A stretch of 64,000 bases of DNA from a virus, in IMG/VR virus record IMGVR_UViG_3300025705_000581; one strand, written 5' to 3'. Shown here one piece after another: positions 9,146-18,417 of this stretch (positions within the stretch are counted from its first letter, which is position 1; every line of letters begins with the position of its first letter). The position numbers were made by a program, and so were the translations under genes. The notes beneath the pieces are model-generated. The model saw nothing but the letters and a program-made list of their open reading frames with translations, had not been told where the DNA came from and made no database searches.

Positions 9146-10013
9146 GTTTTCCCATTTCTAACTTATACTGATCGTGGCACATATCACCGAGCGATTTTGT
9201 CAGGTTACATAATTTTGATGGATTATCAACTACAGATTTAACAGCATCACCGGCACGACGGCCGACAATTTTTCTATTCATTGATTTACCGGTAATTTCT
9301 TCCATAGTATCTAAGACTTCGTGGACAGTCCATCCTTGATTACTTCCAAGGCATTCATATGGAGTATTGGATGGTCCAGATATAGCAGCGTTGAGTAAAG
9401 AATTACAGAGGTCGTTAACGTGAATGTAATCACGTACGCAAGTCCCATCCCGTGTTTCATAGTCATCTCCATATACTTCTACGTGTTGCCGTATGCCTGC
9501 AGCAACTTCCGCTCCAATTCTAATGAGGTGAGAACTATCCCCAAGCTGACGATTGATACCATCACTCCCACTAACATTAAAGAAACGAAAAATAGTGTAC
9601 CCATCAGCTTTCTCCTTTATAATATCTTCAGCACCAACCTTTGAGCGAGCATATGGTGATGCCATTTCAAAAGCCGATGATGTAGATGCGAATATGAAAT
9701 TATCAGTACGTAATTTTTGAACCGCATTGAGCGTACCCATTGTATTGATACGATAATATGCTGATGGTTCTTTTAATGATTGTGGAACAACACTACGACC
9801 TGCAAGGTGAATTACTGCATCACCCCAACCCATAAGCCAATGATCCATAATATCCTGTACCCAAAACTTGTCACAGTATTTAGAAACATCATTGCTTTCG
9901 CCGTGGAAATTGTTATCAAACCCATGGACTTCATATCCATGTTCTTTTGCCAATCGGCAAAAATGTGATCCGATATAACCGGACGCACCTGTCACTAATA
10001 ACTTCATAACCAT
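9129..10013 (-). CDS. galE: UDP-glucose 4-epimerase
   Basis: TGASGYIGSH, YARSK, FRFFNVSG, DGTCVRDYIHV, RRAGD. Confidence 0.9.
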   Translation of the reverse strand: MVMKLLVTGASGYIGSHFCRLAKEHGYEVHGFDNNFHGESNDVSKYCDKFWVQDIMDHWLMGWGDAVIHLAGRSVVPQSLKEPSAYYRINTMGTLNAVQKLRTDNFIFASTSSAFEMASPYARSKVGAEDIIKEKADGYTIFRFFNVSGSDGINRQLGDSSHLIRIGAEVAAGIRQHVEVYGDDYETRDGTCVRDYIHVNDLCNSLLNAAISGPSNTPYECLGSNQGWTVHEVLDTMEEITGKSMNRKIVGRRAGDAVKSVVDNPSKLCNLTKSLGDMCHDQYKLEMGKHGKSI

Positions 10014-10021
10014 ACTAATAT

Positions 10022-10228
10022 TTATGTAAAGTACTTATCCAAAATATCAAGTACATCCTGGTATTTTGCAATTTCAAGGATTTCAGTTTCCATTGCTTCA
10101 AATACGTCAGGGTGTTCACCTACACCTGCTGGGTTATTAAGATAAACTTCAACATTAAACTTATGCTTATCAATATGACCTTTTGCGTGTGAGCGTAATG
10201 CTGTTAATGTGTAATCTTGGTCAACCAT
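10022..10228 (-). CDS. conserved phage hypothetical protein
   Basis: GGAG RBS; GVGEHPDV motif. Confidence 0.65.
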   Translation of the reverse strand: MVDQDYTLTALRSHAKGHIDKHKFNVEVYLNNPAGVGEHPDVFEAMETEILEIAKYQDVLDILDKYFT

Positions 10229-10237
10229 AATATTCTC

Positions 10238-10531
10238 CTATACAATTAAGCTTGATTGTGGTGCAACCAAACCGCTCGTCATTTGTCGGTATGCGTTAGC
10301 AACCTCTTCATTTGTTTTAACCACTAATGAAATGTTATATAATACACATTCCTTAGGATCGTGTTCACCTGTCATAGCAATTCCGTTTGAAAAACCCATG
10401 CCTTGTTCACTCATTGTGAGGAACCTAGGATTTTTTAGCTCAACTGTTGAACCATCTTGTGATACTAGTTTACCTACGTATTCACCGTTTTGTGTAATTA
10501 CTGTTACAATATCATTAGCTTTAAGCGCCAT
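10238..10531 (-). CDS. Sm-like fold hypothetical protein
   Basis: MALKANDIVTVITQNGEYVGKL...LKNPR pattern; start adjusted to 10531. Confidence 0.6.
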   Translation of the reverse strand: MALKANDIVTVITQNGEYVGKLVSQDGSTVELKNPRFLTMSEQGMGFSNGIAMTGEHDPKECVLYNISLVVKTNEEVANAYRQMTSGLVAPQSSLIV

Positions 10532-10730
10532 CTTTCTCACCTTTATAAATGCAAATTGCTTGCGTTCCTCGTGGAAAATAACCAGATGCTCCTGTCATTT
10601 GCCCACCTAATATTTCTCGTGCTTGAAAACACTCAACCATGTTTTCGTATTCATACCAAGCTTCAACAAATGGTTCATCGTAACCTTCTGAGGCATTAAA
10701 CATAATGCTGATTAATACTAATGTCCACAC
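10521..10730 (-). CDS. hypothetical exported protein
   Basis: GGAG RBS, hydrophobic N-terminus, Cys pair. Confidence 0.55.
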   Translation of the reverse strand: MWTLVLISIMFNASEGYDEPFVEAWYEYENMVECFQAREILGGQMTGASGYFPRGTQAICIYKGEKDGA

Positions 10731-10749
10731 TTGTAAACTCCTTTTAATT

Positions 10750-10834
10750 TGGTACTCGTAACCGGACTCGAACCGATACGCCCTAAGGCAAAAGATTTTA
10801 AGTCTTCATTGTCTACCAATTCCAACATACGAGC
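10750..10834 (-). tRNA. trnL: tRNA-Leu(UAA)
   Basis: GCTCGTA acceptor pairs with TACGAGT-A-CCA; D-loop TGGTAGAC; anticodon loop CT-TAA-AA; long variable arm; GGTTCGAGTCC; encoded CCA. Confidence 0.95.
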
Positions 10835-10836
10835 AA

Positions 10837-10913
10837 TGGTGATTCCTGTAGGACTCGAACCTACGACCTAGTGCTTAGAAGGCACTTGCTCTAATCCGCT
10901 GAGCTAAGGAACC
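10837..10913 (-). tRNA. trnR: tRNA-Arg(UCU)
   Basis: GGTTCCT/AGGAATC acceptor; AGTGC-CT-TCT-AA-GCACT anticodon arm; GGTTCGAGTCC; encoded CCA. Confidence 0.95.
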
Positions 10914-11377
10914 TATCTTTGAAAATTAAGAACGTATCGTTTACCGTCAATAAAAAATCTAATTGTCGAGTGCGAATACACATCGGCGTTTACGGTATCT
11001 CGATATTCAACAACATCACATTGTTCAGTCCATTCATAACCAACAATACGTTGTTGTGTTTTTGGTTGTGATCCTTTATCTGCACCAACCAATCCTCCAA
11101 TTACCGCGCCAACTGCTGCACCATCATCGTTACCTGATACTCCTTTACCTAGGAGACCTCCGATAATCATACCTGCAAGAGCACCACCTGCGGCATCACC
11201 TTGGGATTGTACCGTCTCGTAAATCGGTACTTTCACATCATTACAAACGAGCTTTTCAACAATCTGAACGGAACGTGCTTGCTTTGTATGGTCATACACT
11301 CTCACGTTAGTCGGAGTCTCGTTTGCAAAGACTGGTGTTGCAGCAGTCAGCGCGGTTAGAAATACTAAATTTTTCAT
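10913..11377 (-). CDS. glycine-zipper 2TM domain exported protein
   Basis: Signal peptide; GGALAGMIIGGLLG...GAAVGAVIGGLVG zipper. Confidence 0.75.
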   Translation of the reverse strand: MKNLVFLTALTAATPVFANETPTNVRVYDHTKQARSVQIVEKLVCNDVKVPIYETVQSQGDAAGGALAGMIIGGLLGKGVSGNDDGAAVGAVIGGLVGADKGSQPKTQQRIVGYEWTEQCDVVEYRDTVNADVYSHSTIRFFIDGKRYVLNFQR

Positions 11378-11381
11378 TTTA

Positions 11382-11606
11382 TTATCCAATCAATCTTTTA
11401 GCATAACGAACGGTCATTAGTTGTGCTTCACTAAGACCTTTCATAGATGCAGTTTCAGCAAGATGCTCACCTACATCCGAAAAAGAATTCAGGATAGGTA
11501 ACGGAATGTTCATATATTCACCTGATTCAGATGCCCACATCATTTTACGGCCAAAGGCTGAAACGATTTTTTGTGCGGCAGTTTGTTCAAAGAATGTAAT
11601 GTTCAT
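11382..11606 (-). CDS. early hypothetical protein
   Basis: AAGGA RBS directly after an early promoter. Confidence 0.65.
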   Translation of the reverse strand: MNITFFEQTAAQKIVSAFGRKMMWASESGEYMNIPLPILNSFSDVGEHLAETASMKGLSEAQLMTVRYAKRLIG

Positions 11607-11633
11607 AGATAGTTTCCTTTATTTGATTATTCC

Positions 11634-11662
11634 ATAATAACTGATTCTAAAGCATTTGTCAA
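11634..11662 (-). promoter_or_regulatory. sigma70-like early promoter with GAATCAGT spacer motif
   Basis: TTGACA-N17(aatgctttaGAATCAGT)-TATTAT. Confidence 0.8.
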
Positions 11663-12033
11663 TGGTTAATTTCAATTATTTTAACAAATTCTGTAATTAA
11701 TTCTTTAGATTTTTCACGTGCCTCGGTTTCCCACCAACAAGTTTCGTATTCTGTGTCAGTTTGTAATGCAGCATTAAGATCATCAAACTCATATTGTTTA
11801 ACGTGAACAAGCTCGTGAGCAATGGTTGAAAATATTTCCGTGATATTACGATTAATGGTTTTTACCAAAATCAGATAATAACCTTGTTCTATATCAACGC
11901 ATATACCATTGCCTTCGAGCTCATCCTCGGCTTCGATAATAATTTGATCTGGGAACACGTTTAGATTGTTACAACAAAAGGTAACAAACTTTTTTACCAG
12001 ATCTTCATTATCAAGATTAGTTTTAATCATCAT
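11659..12033 (-). CDS. HEXXH metallopeptidase-like protein
   Basis: TIAHELVHVKQY...WWETEA; start adjusted to avoid overlap. Confidence 0.75.
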   Translation of the reverse strand: MMIKTNLDNEDLVKKFVTFCCNNLNVFPDQIIIEAEDELEGNGICVDIEQGYYLILVKTINRNITEIFSTIAHELVHVKQYEFDDLNAALQTDTEYETCWWETEAREKSKELITEFVKIIEINH

Positions 12034-12529
12034 CTTCGTAATCAAAGTCTTCAAGGTATTCTTGATATTCCTCTTCAATACTAAAATGTTCTAGCAACTC
12101 ATCAGGAATTTCATCAATTGACGAACGGTCTTCCAAATTATATTCGTAATATTCGTCTTCCATTGTTTCAGAACTAAATTGTCCAACAAACCCAATGCCT
12201 GACTCCCAATATTTCAAATCAACAGAACAGTCTCTATTGGCGGTGGCGAATGTTTCCAATGCGGTGATTGGTGGACCCCATGCAGAATCGACAGTACCAA
12301 CAATACGAATTGTATTAGCGTTTACAACATCAAGTTCTAGGTTCTCAGGATCAACATCCCATTTAGTACCCCATGCTTCAAGCTGGTCACCGACACCGAT
12401 TGATTCATCTTCCTTAAGAGGTACGAGTTGTTGAAGCAAACCACCTTGATCTTGAGCCTTTTCAAAAATCTCAGTGATTAAATCAGTCGGTCCGCTTATT
12501 TCAATATCATTCATACACCAATTGGGCAT
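12023..12529 (-). CDS. YubB/DUF1281-like ferredoxin-fold protein
   Basis: MPNWCMNDIEISG, WGTKWD, DSAWGPP, YWESG. Confidence 0.75.
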   Translation of the reverse strand: MPNWCMNDIEISGPTDLITEIFEKAQDQGGLLQQLVPLKEDESIGVGDQLEAWGTKWDVDPENLELDVVNANTIRIVGTVDSAWGPPITALETFATANRDCSVDLKYWESGIGFVGQFSSETMEDEYYEYNLEDRSSIDEIPDELLEHFSIEEEYQEYLEDFDYEDDD

Positions 12530-12554
12530 GCTGTTTCTCCTTTGTTATTATGTT

Positions 12555-12583
12555 ATTCTAACTGATTCTATATGGAATGTCAA
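12555..12583 (-). promoter_or_regulatory. sigma70-like early promoter with GAATCAGT motif
   Basis: TTGACA-N17(ttccatataGAATCAGT)-TAGAAT. Confidence 0.8.
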
Positions 12584-12984
12584 TAGGATTTAAAGCAATC
12601 AAACATAATTTTTTCTAATTCGAAGGCTTCTTGTTCCCATGGCAAATTATAATAATCACCATCAAATGTTTTGCCATGCCAACGTGACGGTTTCTTACCG
12701 ATACCTGAGACAAGCTCACCTTTTAGGTATTGTTTAACGTGTACCATTTCATGGAAGAAAGTAGTGAGGATCTGGTCTTGCTGGTTTTTTCCATCAACAT
12801 AAACACACAGCTCAAGATCCTCAGGGTCGTATTCAACATAACCAAAACAACCATTATCGAACTCACCATCAAATAACACTTCCATTTCACCTTCGATTTC
12901 AAGGAACTCTGATGCAAACGCAACAGCACGGTCCATCATGGCGTCAGGTATTTTTGCTGGTTTATCATATGTGACATAAAACAT
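12580..12984 (-). CDS. HEXXH metallopeptidase-like protein (paralog)
   Basis: FFHEMVHVKQY...YYNLPWEQEAF. Confidence 0.8.
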   Translation of the reverse strand: MFYVTYDKPAKIPDAMMDRAVAFASEFLEIEGEMEVLFDGEFDNGCFGYVEYDPEDLELCVYVDGKNQQDQILTTFFHEMVHVKQYLKGELVSGIGKKPSRWHGKTFDGDYYNLPWEQEAFELEKIMFDCFKSY

Positions 12985-14324
12985 TATGCCACCTCTTTAA
13001 GATCAAGCTCAAATTGTTTCTTTGCAGTTGTACTATTCCAATACCGTAAATCGGTTTCAGCTTCTTTGATTTCCTTAGCAAGTTTTTGTACCATTTCATC
13101 AGTTAGGCTCATAATGTTAATTGCAAGTAACTTATCAGCATCTTCTGGTAATGCTGAAGTGACATTAAGGATTTGCTCAGCGACATCCTTTTTCTTACGG
13201 TTCTTGAATACAATTTTGTCATCAAGTACTGCTTGAATGAATTCCATTTTAACACGTAACCAACGTGCCAATTCGATTGCTTCACGTTTACGCAATTCGA
13301 TACGTTCATTGAGAATACCCAAACGGTAATTACAAAAATCCTTAATGAGATCAAGTTCATTTTTGTACTCACGGAGTTTACCATTAAAATCAATAACAGT
13401 AATATTCTCGGTGAGTGGCTTTGATAATTTGAACTTACGATATATTTTATCGTTATCCCAATCTGAACTACCTTTTTGTTTTAATTTAACATCAAAACGA
13501 AAACCAGTTTTATCACATAAATCTTCATATGATACAATGTCACCATCTTCCTCAAGTTTATCGAGAACCTTAACATAACCTTCACGGTCAAAACCGTATG
13601 GTACTTCAGTGATTGTCATTGTTGTTTTGGTTGGTTTACTGAAAACACCATTAACAGAATACTTATCTTCGATAGAATCATATGTAACTGTACCATTGAA
13701 ATCAGGAAAGGACACTGGAAGTCTTCTCGATATGTTACCACTCGACAAGTATTCATCGCAAGCACGAGAGAGATCGGTTTTTGAGCGCGGAAGGATGTTT
13801 GTTGCAAAACCAGTTGCAATTCCTTTAGTTCCATTTGCCAATACCAAAGGAATAACCGGCAGGTAGAATGCTGGCGGCTCATGCTCAGGATCATTATGTT
13901 CAGGTGACAATTCCAAATCTTTGATATACGTTTTGAAATTTTCATGGACACGAGTATATACATAACGTGCCGCACCAGGTTCTTGAACAAGTCGAGTACC
14001 AAATGACCCACGGCCTTCAACTAAACAAATATTGTTATTCCATGTTGCTGCCATCAATTGACCGGCACCTGCCGCTGATGTTTCACCATGGTTGTAGCCG
14101 TAATCAGAAATGATACCAGCAACAGCAGATACCTTTTTGAAATCTGATTTGGAGTTTAGCAATGAGGAGTACAAATAAAACCGTTGTACTGGTTTCAACC
14201 CATCAATCATATTTGGGATTGCTCTCGACTCAACCGTATACATTGCAAATGATAACCATTCGTTTTTAGCAACGGCGCTAATTGGGTATTGGTGTTGATC
14301 TTCAACAAAATCTAAAACGCTCAT
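12984..14324 (-). CDS. gp52: DNA topoisomerase II medium subunit (gp52)
   Basis: IDGLKPVQR, YNHGETS, AARY catalytic Tyr. Confidence 0.95.
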   Translation of the reverse strand: MSVLDFVEDQHQYPISAVAKNEWLSFAMYTVESRAIPNMIDGLKPVQRFYLYSSLLNSKSDFKKVSAVAGIISDYGYNHGETSAAGAGQLMAATWNNNICLVEGRGSFGTRLVQEPGAARYVYTRVHENFKTYIKDLELSPEHNDPEHEPPAFYLPVIPLVLANGTKGIATGFATNILPRSKTDLSRACDEYLSSGNISRRLPVSFPDFNGTVTYDSIEDKYSVNGVFSKPTKTTMTITEVPYGFDREGYVKVLDKLEEDGDIVSYEDLCDKTGFRFDVKLKQKGSSDWDNDKIYRKFKLSKPLTENITVIDFNGKLREYKNELDLIKDFCNYRLGILNERIELRKREAIELARWLRVKMEFIQAVLDDKIVFKNRKKKDVAEQILNVTSALPEDADKLLAINIMSLTDEMVQKLAKEIKEAETDLRYWNSTTAKKQFELDLKEVA

Positions 14325-14359
14325 AGTAATTCCTTTATGATTCTATCCATTCTACAACA

Positions 14360-14512
14360 TTAAACTTGGTTTGTCAACCGATAATTACAGTACACCATCC
14401 AACCTTCATAAGCAAAGTATGCCATGATGGGTCCAATGAATGGTGCAAAGAATAGGTTAAGCATTATCCATGCAAACAAAATAGCTAACAATATGTCATA
14501 CCATAAAATCAT
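14360..14512 (-). CDS. small hydrophobic membrane protein (50 aa)
   Basis: MILWYDILLAILFAWIMLNLFFAPFIGPIMAYFAYEGWMVYCNYRLTNQV*; ATGA overlap with the gp39 stop. Confidence 0.6.
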   Translation of the reverse strand: MILWYDILLAILFAWIMLNLFFAPFIGPIMAYFAYEGWMVYCNYRLTNQV

Positions 14513-16338
14513 GCGAACATATACTCCTTACGTAAGGTTGAGTCTTTACCGAACATCATTTGGAATACTGATGCATCGTCAACCGTAACCGTATCATAAA
14601 TCGGTTTATTAATAATGGTATCATATTCATCTTCGGTCAAGCTGCCTAGGCCTTTGATATAACGGTGCTTCCAATTTGTTTGTTCTTGTTTGAACTTTGA
14701 AGCATCTTCATATGTATAGAACCATTTAATGTCTTTACCTTTAGTCGAAATCATAATTGGAGTACGTGTGATTTTAACACGTTTTTCAGATAACAACCGC
14801 GGCCAAAATTTGTAAAAGAATGCAATCAGCAACGGACTGATGTGACCAATACCATCGTGGTCAGCATCGGTTAATGTTGCGATTGACTCATACGACATAT
14901 TATCAACAGAATTTGGGTTGTTAATGTCGAGGTTTAGAACCGCAACCAATTCTGACAATTCTTTGTTCTTTAGCACATCCGCAGGTTTCATATCCCACGT
15001 ATTCATAATAACACCACGCAATGGATATGCACCAACCGTATCAGGATCACGCACTTTGAGTAAGAAACCCATTGCCGAGTCACCTTCAACAATTTTCAGT
15101 GTTGAGTTTGGTTTGTTAGCAGAGATATGCTTTGCAACTTTGACTTTTCTCAAATTCTTTTGAGCAATTGTAGCGGCACGTTTATCAGCAGCCTGTTTCT
15201 TTGCAAGCTGTGCTTCGATAATCGGTTCAATAATTGACGGTGTTGCCATGATCTTACGAGCAAAGAATAAAGCATCTTTTACGTTTGCTTCTGTGTAGTG
15301 TTCTTTGACATTACCCATTGGGTTTGTTAACCGTTCCTTTGTTTGAGAATCAAACTTTGGATTGGTGAAGTTTCGAGCAAACATAACCATGGTCAAACCA
15401 TTTTTAATTGTCATATTACCGACTTCAATACGGTATTTCCGTTTAATCATAACGGCCAATTGAGTAATTACGTTATGCATTATCCAATCAACATAAGTAC
15501 CACCTTGACGAGTATTCACACCATTAATAAATGAGTTTGAACGGAACCCATCAACTGAACCTGCAAAGAAAAGGGATAAGTTGTATGATTTCTCAATGAT
15601 AACATCACTGCCATCTTTTACAAACATATCGGCATATTTTTTGAGGTTGTTGACCTTAATACGTTTCTTATTAAACGAAAAAGAGATCTCAGGAAATGCC
15701 ATTTGCAATGAGATCAACCGATCTTCAAGTAATACAATTGTATCAAGTTCAGAAAGGTTATTAACTTCAAACAAGTCAAAGTCAGGTATAAATGATACCT
15801 CAGTACCACTACCTTCACGTTGACTATTCTTTTCATTAATAGTCTCGGCACCGTTCTTACATTCAACAGTAAGCATATTGTCATTTGACCAAGTTTTGCC
15901 GACGAATTTCTTTGATAGGAAATTGGTTGCCGCTGAACCGACACCGTTTGTACCGATTGTTACACGTTCGTCATCAAATGATGTACCAGCATTAACTCTT
16001 GTCCATGCCGCAGTTGCTCGAGCAATTTTGGTATCGGATGTTTCATCGTATACCTGTTCTTGTGGAATACCACGACCGTTGTCTGTAACGATTACTTTAT
16101 CATCGGTCACAGATACATTAATGCGGTTTGCGAATTTGAAATTTGTACGAATTGCTTCATCAAGTGAGTTGTCGAGTATCTCATCAATCATTTTTGACAA
16201 TGCAGGTACGTATGTGGCATTTTTCCACTCACCGAGAACAAACCGCTCAACCTGTTCTTTTGCACTTGAACCCATATACATTCCGATACGTTCACGGACG
16301 TGTTGGCGAGCAGTTAAAATTTTAAATTGTTCAGACAT
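14509..16338 (-). CDS. gp39: DNA topoisomerase II large subunit (fused gp39+gp60)
   Basis: EILDNS, DNGRGIP, GTNGVG (GHKL); EGDSA, PLRG, DADHDG, RYIKGLG (TOPRIM). Confidence 0.95.
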   Translation of the reverse strand: MSEQFKILTARQHVRERIGMYMGSSAKEQVERFVLGEWKNATYVPALSKMIDEILDNSLDEAIRTNFKFANRINVSVTDDKVIVTDNGRGIPQEQVYDETSDTKIARATAAWTRVNAGTSFDDERVTIGTNGVGSAATNFLSKKFVGKTWSNDNMLTVECKNGAETINEKNSQREGSGTEVSFIPDFDLFEVNNLSELDTIVLLEDRLISLQMAFPEISFSFNKKRIKVNNLKKYADMFVKDGSDVIIEKSYNLSLFFAGSVDGFRSNSFINGVNTRQGGTYVDWIMHNVITQLAVMIKRKYRIEVGNMTIKNGLTMVMFARNFTNPKFDSQTKERLTNPMGNVKEHYTEANVKDALFFARKIMATPSIIEPIIEAQLAKKQAADKRAATIAQKNLRKVKVAKHISANKPNSTLKIVEGDSAMGFLLKVRDPDTVGAYPLRGVIMNTWDMKPADVLKNKELSELVAVLNLDINNPNSVDNMSYESIATLTDADHDGIGHISPLLIAFFYKFWPRLLSEKRVKITRTPIMISTKGKDIKWFYTYEDASKFKQEQTNWKHRYIKGLGSLTEDEYDTIINKPIYDTVTVDDASVFQMMFGKDSTLRKEYMFA

Positions 16339-16396
16339 ATAGAATCATTCCTTAATTATCTTATACCATACTAACAAAGTTTTCAGAACTTGTCAA

Positions 16397-17095
16397 CTAC
16401 TTTTTTGTTAGGTAAATCATAAACTCGCCACGCATGGCATGAATATCAGCATCATTCCATATACGATTTTTCATTGTATCTTCCATGAAGTTCATATCAA
16501 ATTGCAATGTATCAATGAGTGGTCGAAGAAATTGTTCTCTAAATTTAATGAATTTTTGAGGACCATCAGTTGATGCTCGAAGGTGACACTCAACCGCAAT
16601 GTGTTTTACATTATTAATACAGAAGTCGAGATTTTCCTTTGATAAGACATCATATTCTCCGCCTTCGCAATCAATTTTGAGATAGTCGATTTTATCAATA
16701 TTGAATCTATCAAGAAAATATGCAAATGATTTTACTTCAAACTCATCGGTATAAAATACGTTATCAGTATGACCCATTTCTGAACCAATTGCGTATGGGA
16801 TAGGTACAACTTTTTGCTCAGGCTCGTCTATTACATACTGCCATGTATTATTTACGATTGCTTTTAAAAATTTTGGGTTAGGTTCAATCGCATAAACCTT
16901 TTTAGCACCTCGGTCGAGAGCATGGGCAGTAAACATACCAACGCATGCTCCTACATCCACACATATATCACCGGGTTGTACCTTATACCACCATTCATAA
17001 TCTTTTCGGACAAAAAATTCTCTATGCATTGTAGCTACGCTTACCATACATAAATCACTCGTATCCATAAATAAATTCAATGCTTTGCCGCTCAT
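16397..17095 (-). CDS. FkbM-family methyltransferase
   Basis: VDVGACVG, YAIEP, LKIDCEGGEY. Confidence 0.85.
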   Translation of the reverse strand: MSGKALNLFMDTSDLCMVSVATMHREFFVRKDYEWWYKVQPGDICVDVGACVGMFTAHALDRGAKKVYAIEPNPKFLKAIVNNTWQYVIDEPEQKVVPIPYAIGSEMGHTDNVFYTDEFEVKSFAYFLDRFNIDKIDYLKIDCEGGEYDVLSKENLDFCINNVKHIAVECHLRASTDGPQKFIKFREQFLRPLIDTLQFDMNFMEDTMKNRIWNDADIHAMRGEFMIYLTKK

Positions 17096-17109
17096 TATTG
17101 TCTCCTATA

Positions 17110-17175
17110 TTATAAGTTGCCAATCCAATGGCTGCAATCATCACACGGGTCGTCCCACAAATATACGGGCTCCAT
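17110..17175 (-). CDS. putative 21-aa peptide MEPVYLWDDPCDDCSHWIGNL
   Basis: Downstream of a minus-strand TAATAAATA, with a purine-rich leader; the stop is followed by the AGGAGA RBS of the FkbM gene. Confidence 0.4.
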   Translation of the reverse strand: MEPVYLWDDPCDDCSHWIGNL

Positions 17176-17206
17176 GCACTTTCCACTTTTGGTTGTTGAT
17201 GTTGGC

Positions 17207-17252
17207 TATTTATTATAAATACTCATACTAACTGATTCTATATAAATGTCAA
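17207..17252. promoter_or_regulatory. divergent promoter cluster: late TATAAATA (+, 17214-17221), late TAATAAATA (-) and early TTGACA..GAATCAGT-TAGTAT (-)
   Basis: Motifs read directly; the early promoter spacer is 16 bp. Confidence 0.65.
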
Positions 17253-17264
17253 TAGGAAAATACC

Positions 17265-17753
17265 ATGCAAACAAATTATCTTGATCCAACCTCCTTTAAG
17301 GTTGCAGTTTCACGCCTTCCGAATGTTGAGTTCTTTACTCGGCGAGCAATCATCCCAGGTGTTACAATGTCACCTGTGGCACGGCCATCGCCTATTAGGA
17401 ATTTATATGAGACCGCGGACCGACTCGAATATGCTGAACTTGATCTAAGTTTTGTGGTTGATGAAAATATGGCAAATTATCAGGAAATCCTATATTGGAT
17501 GGAATCATTAGGCAAATCAGAAACGACTGATCAGTTTTCTCGTTTGCAAAAATCGGATGATGGCATCACATCCGACGTTACTATTATTGTCGAGAACAGT
17601 AATAAAAACCCAAATATGCTATTTACGTTTACCGATTGTTTTCCAACAATTTTATCACCGTTAAGCCTTGATATAACACAACAAGATATTGTATATCCTG
17701 AGGCAACAGTTACAATGAGACATAACGGATTTAAACTCACACAAGTTAGTTGA
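17265..17753 (+). CDS. gp3: tail completion/tube terminator protein (gp3-like)
   Basis: NYLDPTSF...PNVEFF...IPG, LSFVVDENMANYQEI, FTFTDCFP; late promoter upstream. Confidence 0.8.
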   Translation: MQTNYLDPTSFKVAVSRLPNVEFFTRRAIIPGVTMSPVARPSPIRNLYETADRLEYAELDLSFVVDENMANYQEILYWMESLGKSETTDQFSRLQKSDDGITSDVTIIVENSNKNPNMLFTFTDCFPTILSPLSLDITQQDIVYPEATVTMRHNGFKLTQVS

Positions 17754-17807
17754 CAAAATTCTAATTCTGTGTTAGAATCATATATGATTGAAATAGTGAG
17801 GTAAAGA

Positions 17808-18245
17808 ATGAGTACTGATGATATAAGTGCGTTATGGTCGGTTGACTGCAAAATTGACGAAACAAATTTAGCCGGTGAATCAAAAAGAATTCCTGAGCTA
17901 CATAACAAGTATTACAATTTATATTACAAAGAAGCACTTAAAGTTAAAAAGCTTAAGGCTGATTATAAAGAATTGGAAATGGCAAAGACCGAATGGTTTG
18001 ATGGTTCTATGGCAATGGAAGATTTAGCCGAGCGAGGTTGGAAACCATACCAAAAGAAAATTATTAGACAGGATATGAATAAATATCTACAAGCGGATAA
18101 GGATATTATTAATTTAAGTTTAAAAATTGATTATCATTCTGCACGTGCTAACTTTCTTGAAGATATTATTAAGACCATTCATAGTAGAAATTTTATTGTA
18201 AAAAATATTATTGATATTATGAAATTCCAAGCAGGAGATTATTAA
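17808..18245 (+). CDS. uvsY: recombination mediator UvsY
   Basis: KIDETNL..ESKRIPELHNKY; synteny with uvsW. Confidence 0.85.
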   Translation: MSTDDISALWSVDCKIDETNLAGESKRIPELHNKYYNLYYKEALKVKKLKADYKELEMAKTEWFDGSMAMEDLAERGWKPYQKKIIRQDMNKYLQADKDIINLSLKIDYHSARANFLEDIIKTIHSRNFIVKNIIDIMKFQAGDY

Positions 18246-18246
18246 T

Positions 18247-18411
18247 ATGATTAATATATATGGGCATCCTGTTTACCCAAATTTTGACAACATCAAACCT
18301 TCACTGAAAAAAGAACAGCACCGTGTGGTTGAACCAGTTGAACCAGTAACACGGACTAAAAGAGATAAATATACTCATACTAAAGGTGAAATTGTAGATA
18401 TTGAAGTATAG
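18247..18411 (+). CDS. small hypothetical protein (54 aa)
   Basis: GGAG RBS; MINIYGHPVYPNF...KGEIVDIEV* fills the uvsY-uvsW gap. Confidence 0.55.
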   Translation: MINIYGHPVYPNFDNIKPSLKKEQHRVVEPVEPVTRTKRDKYTHTKGEIVDIEV

Positions 18412-18417
18412 GATGAT

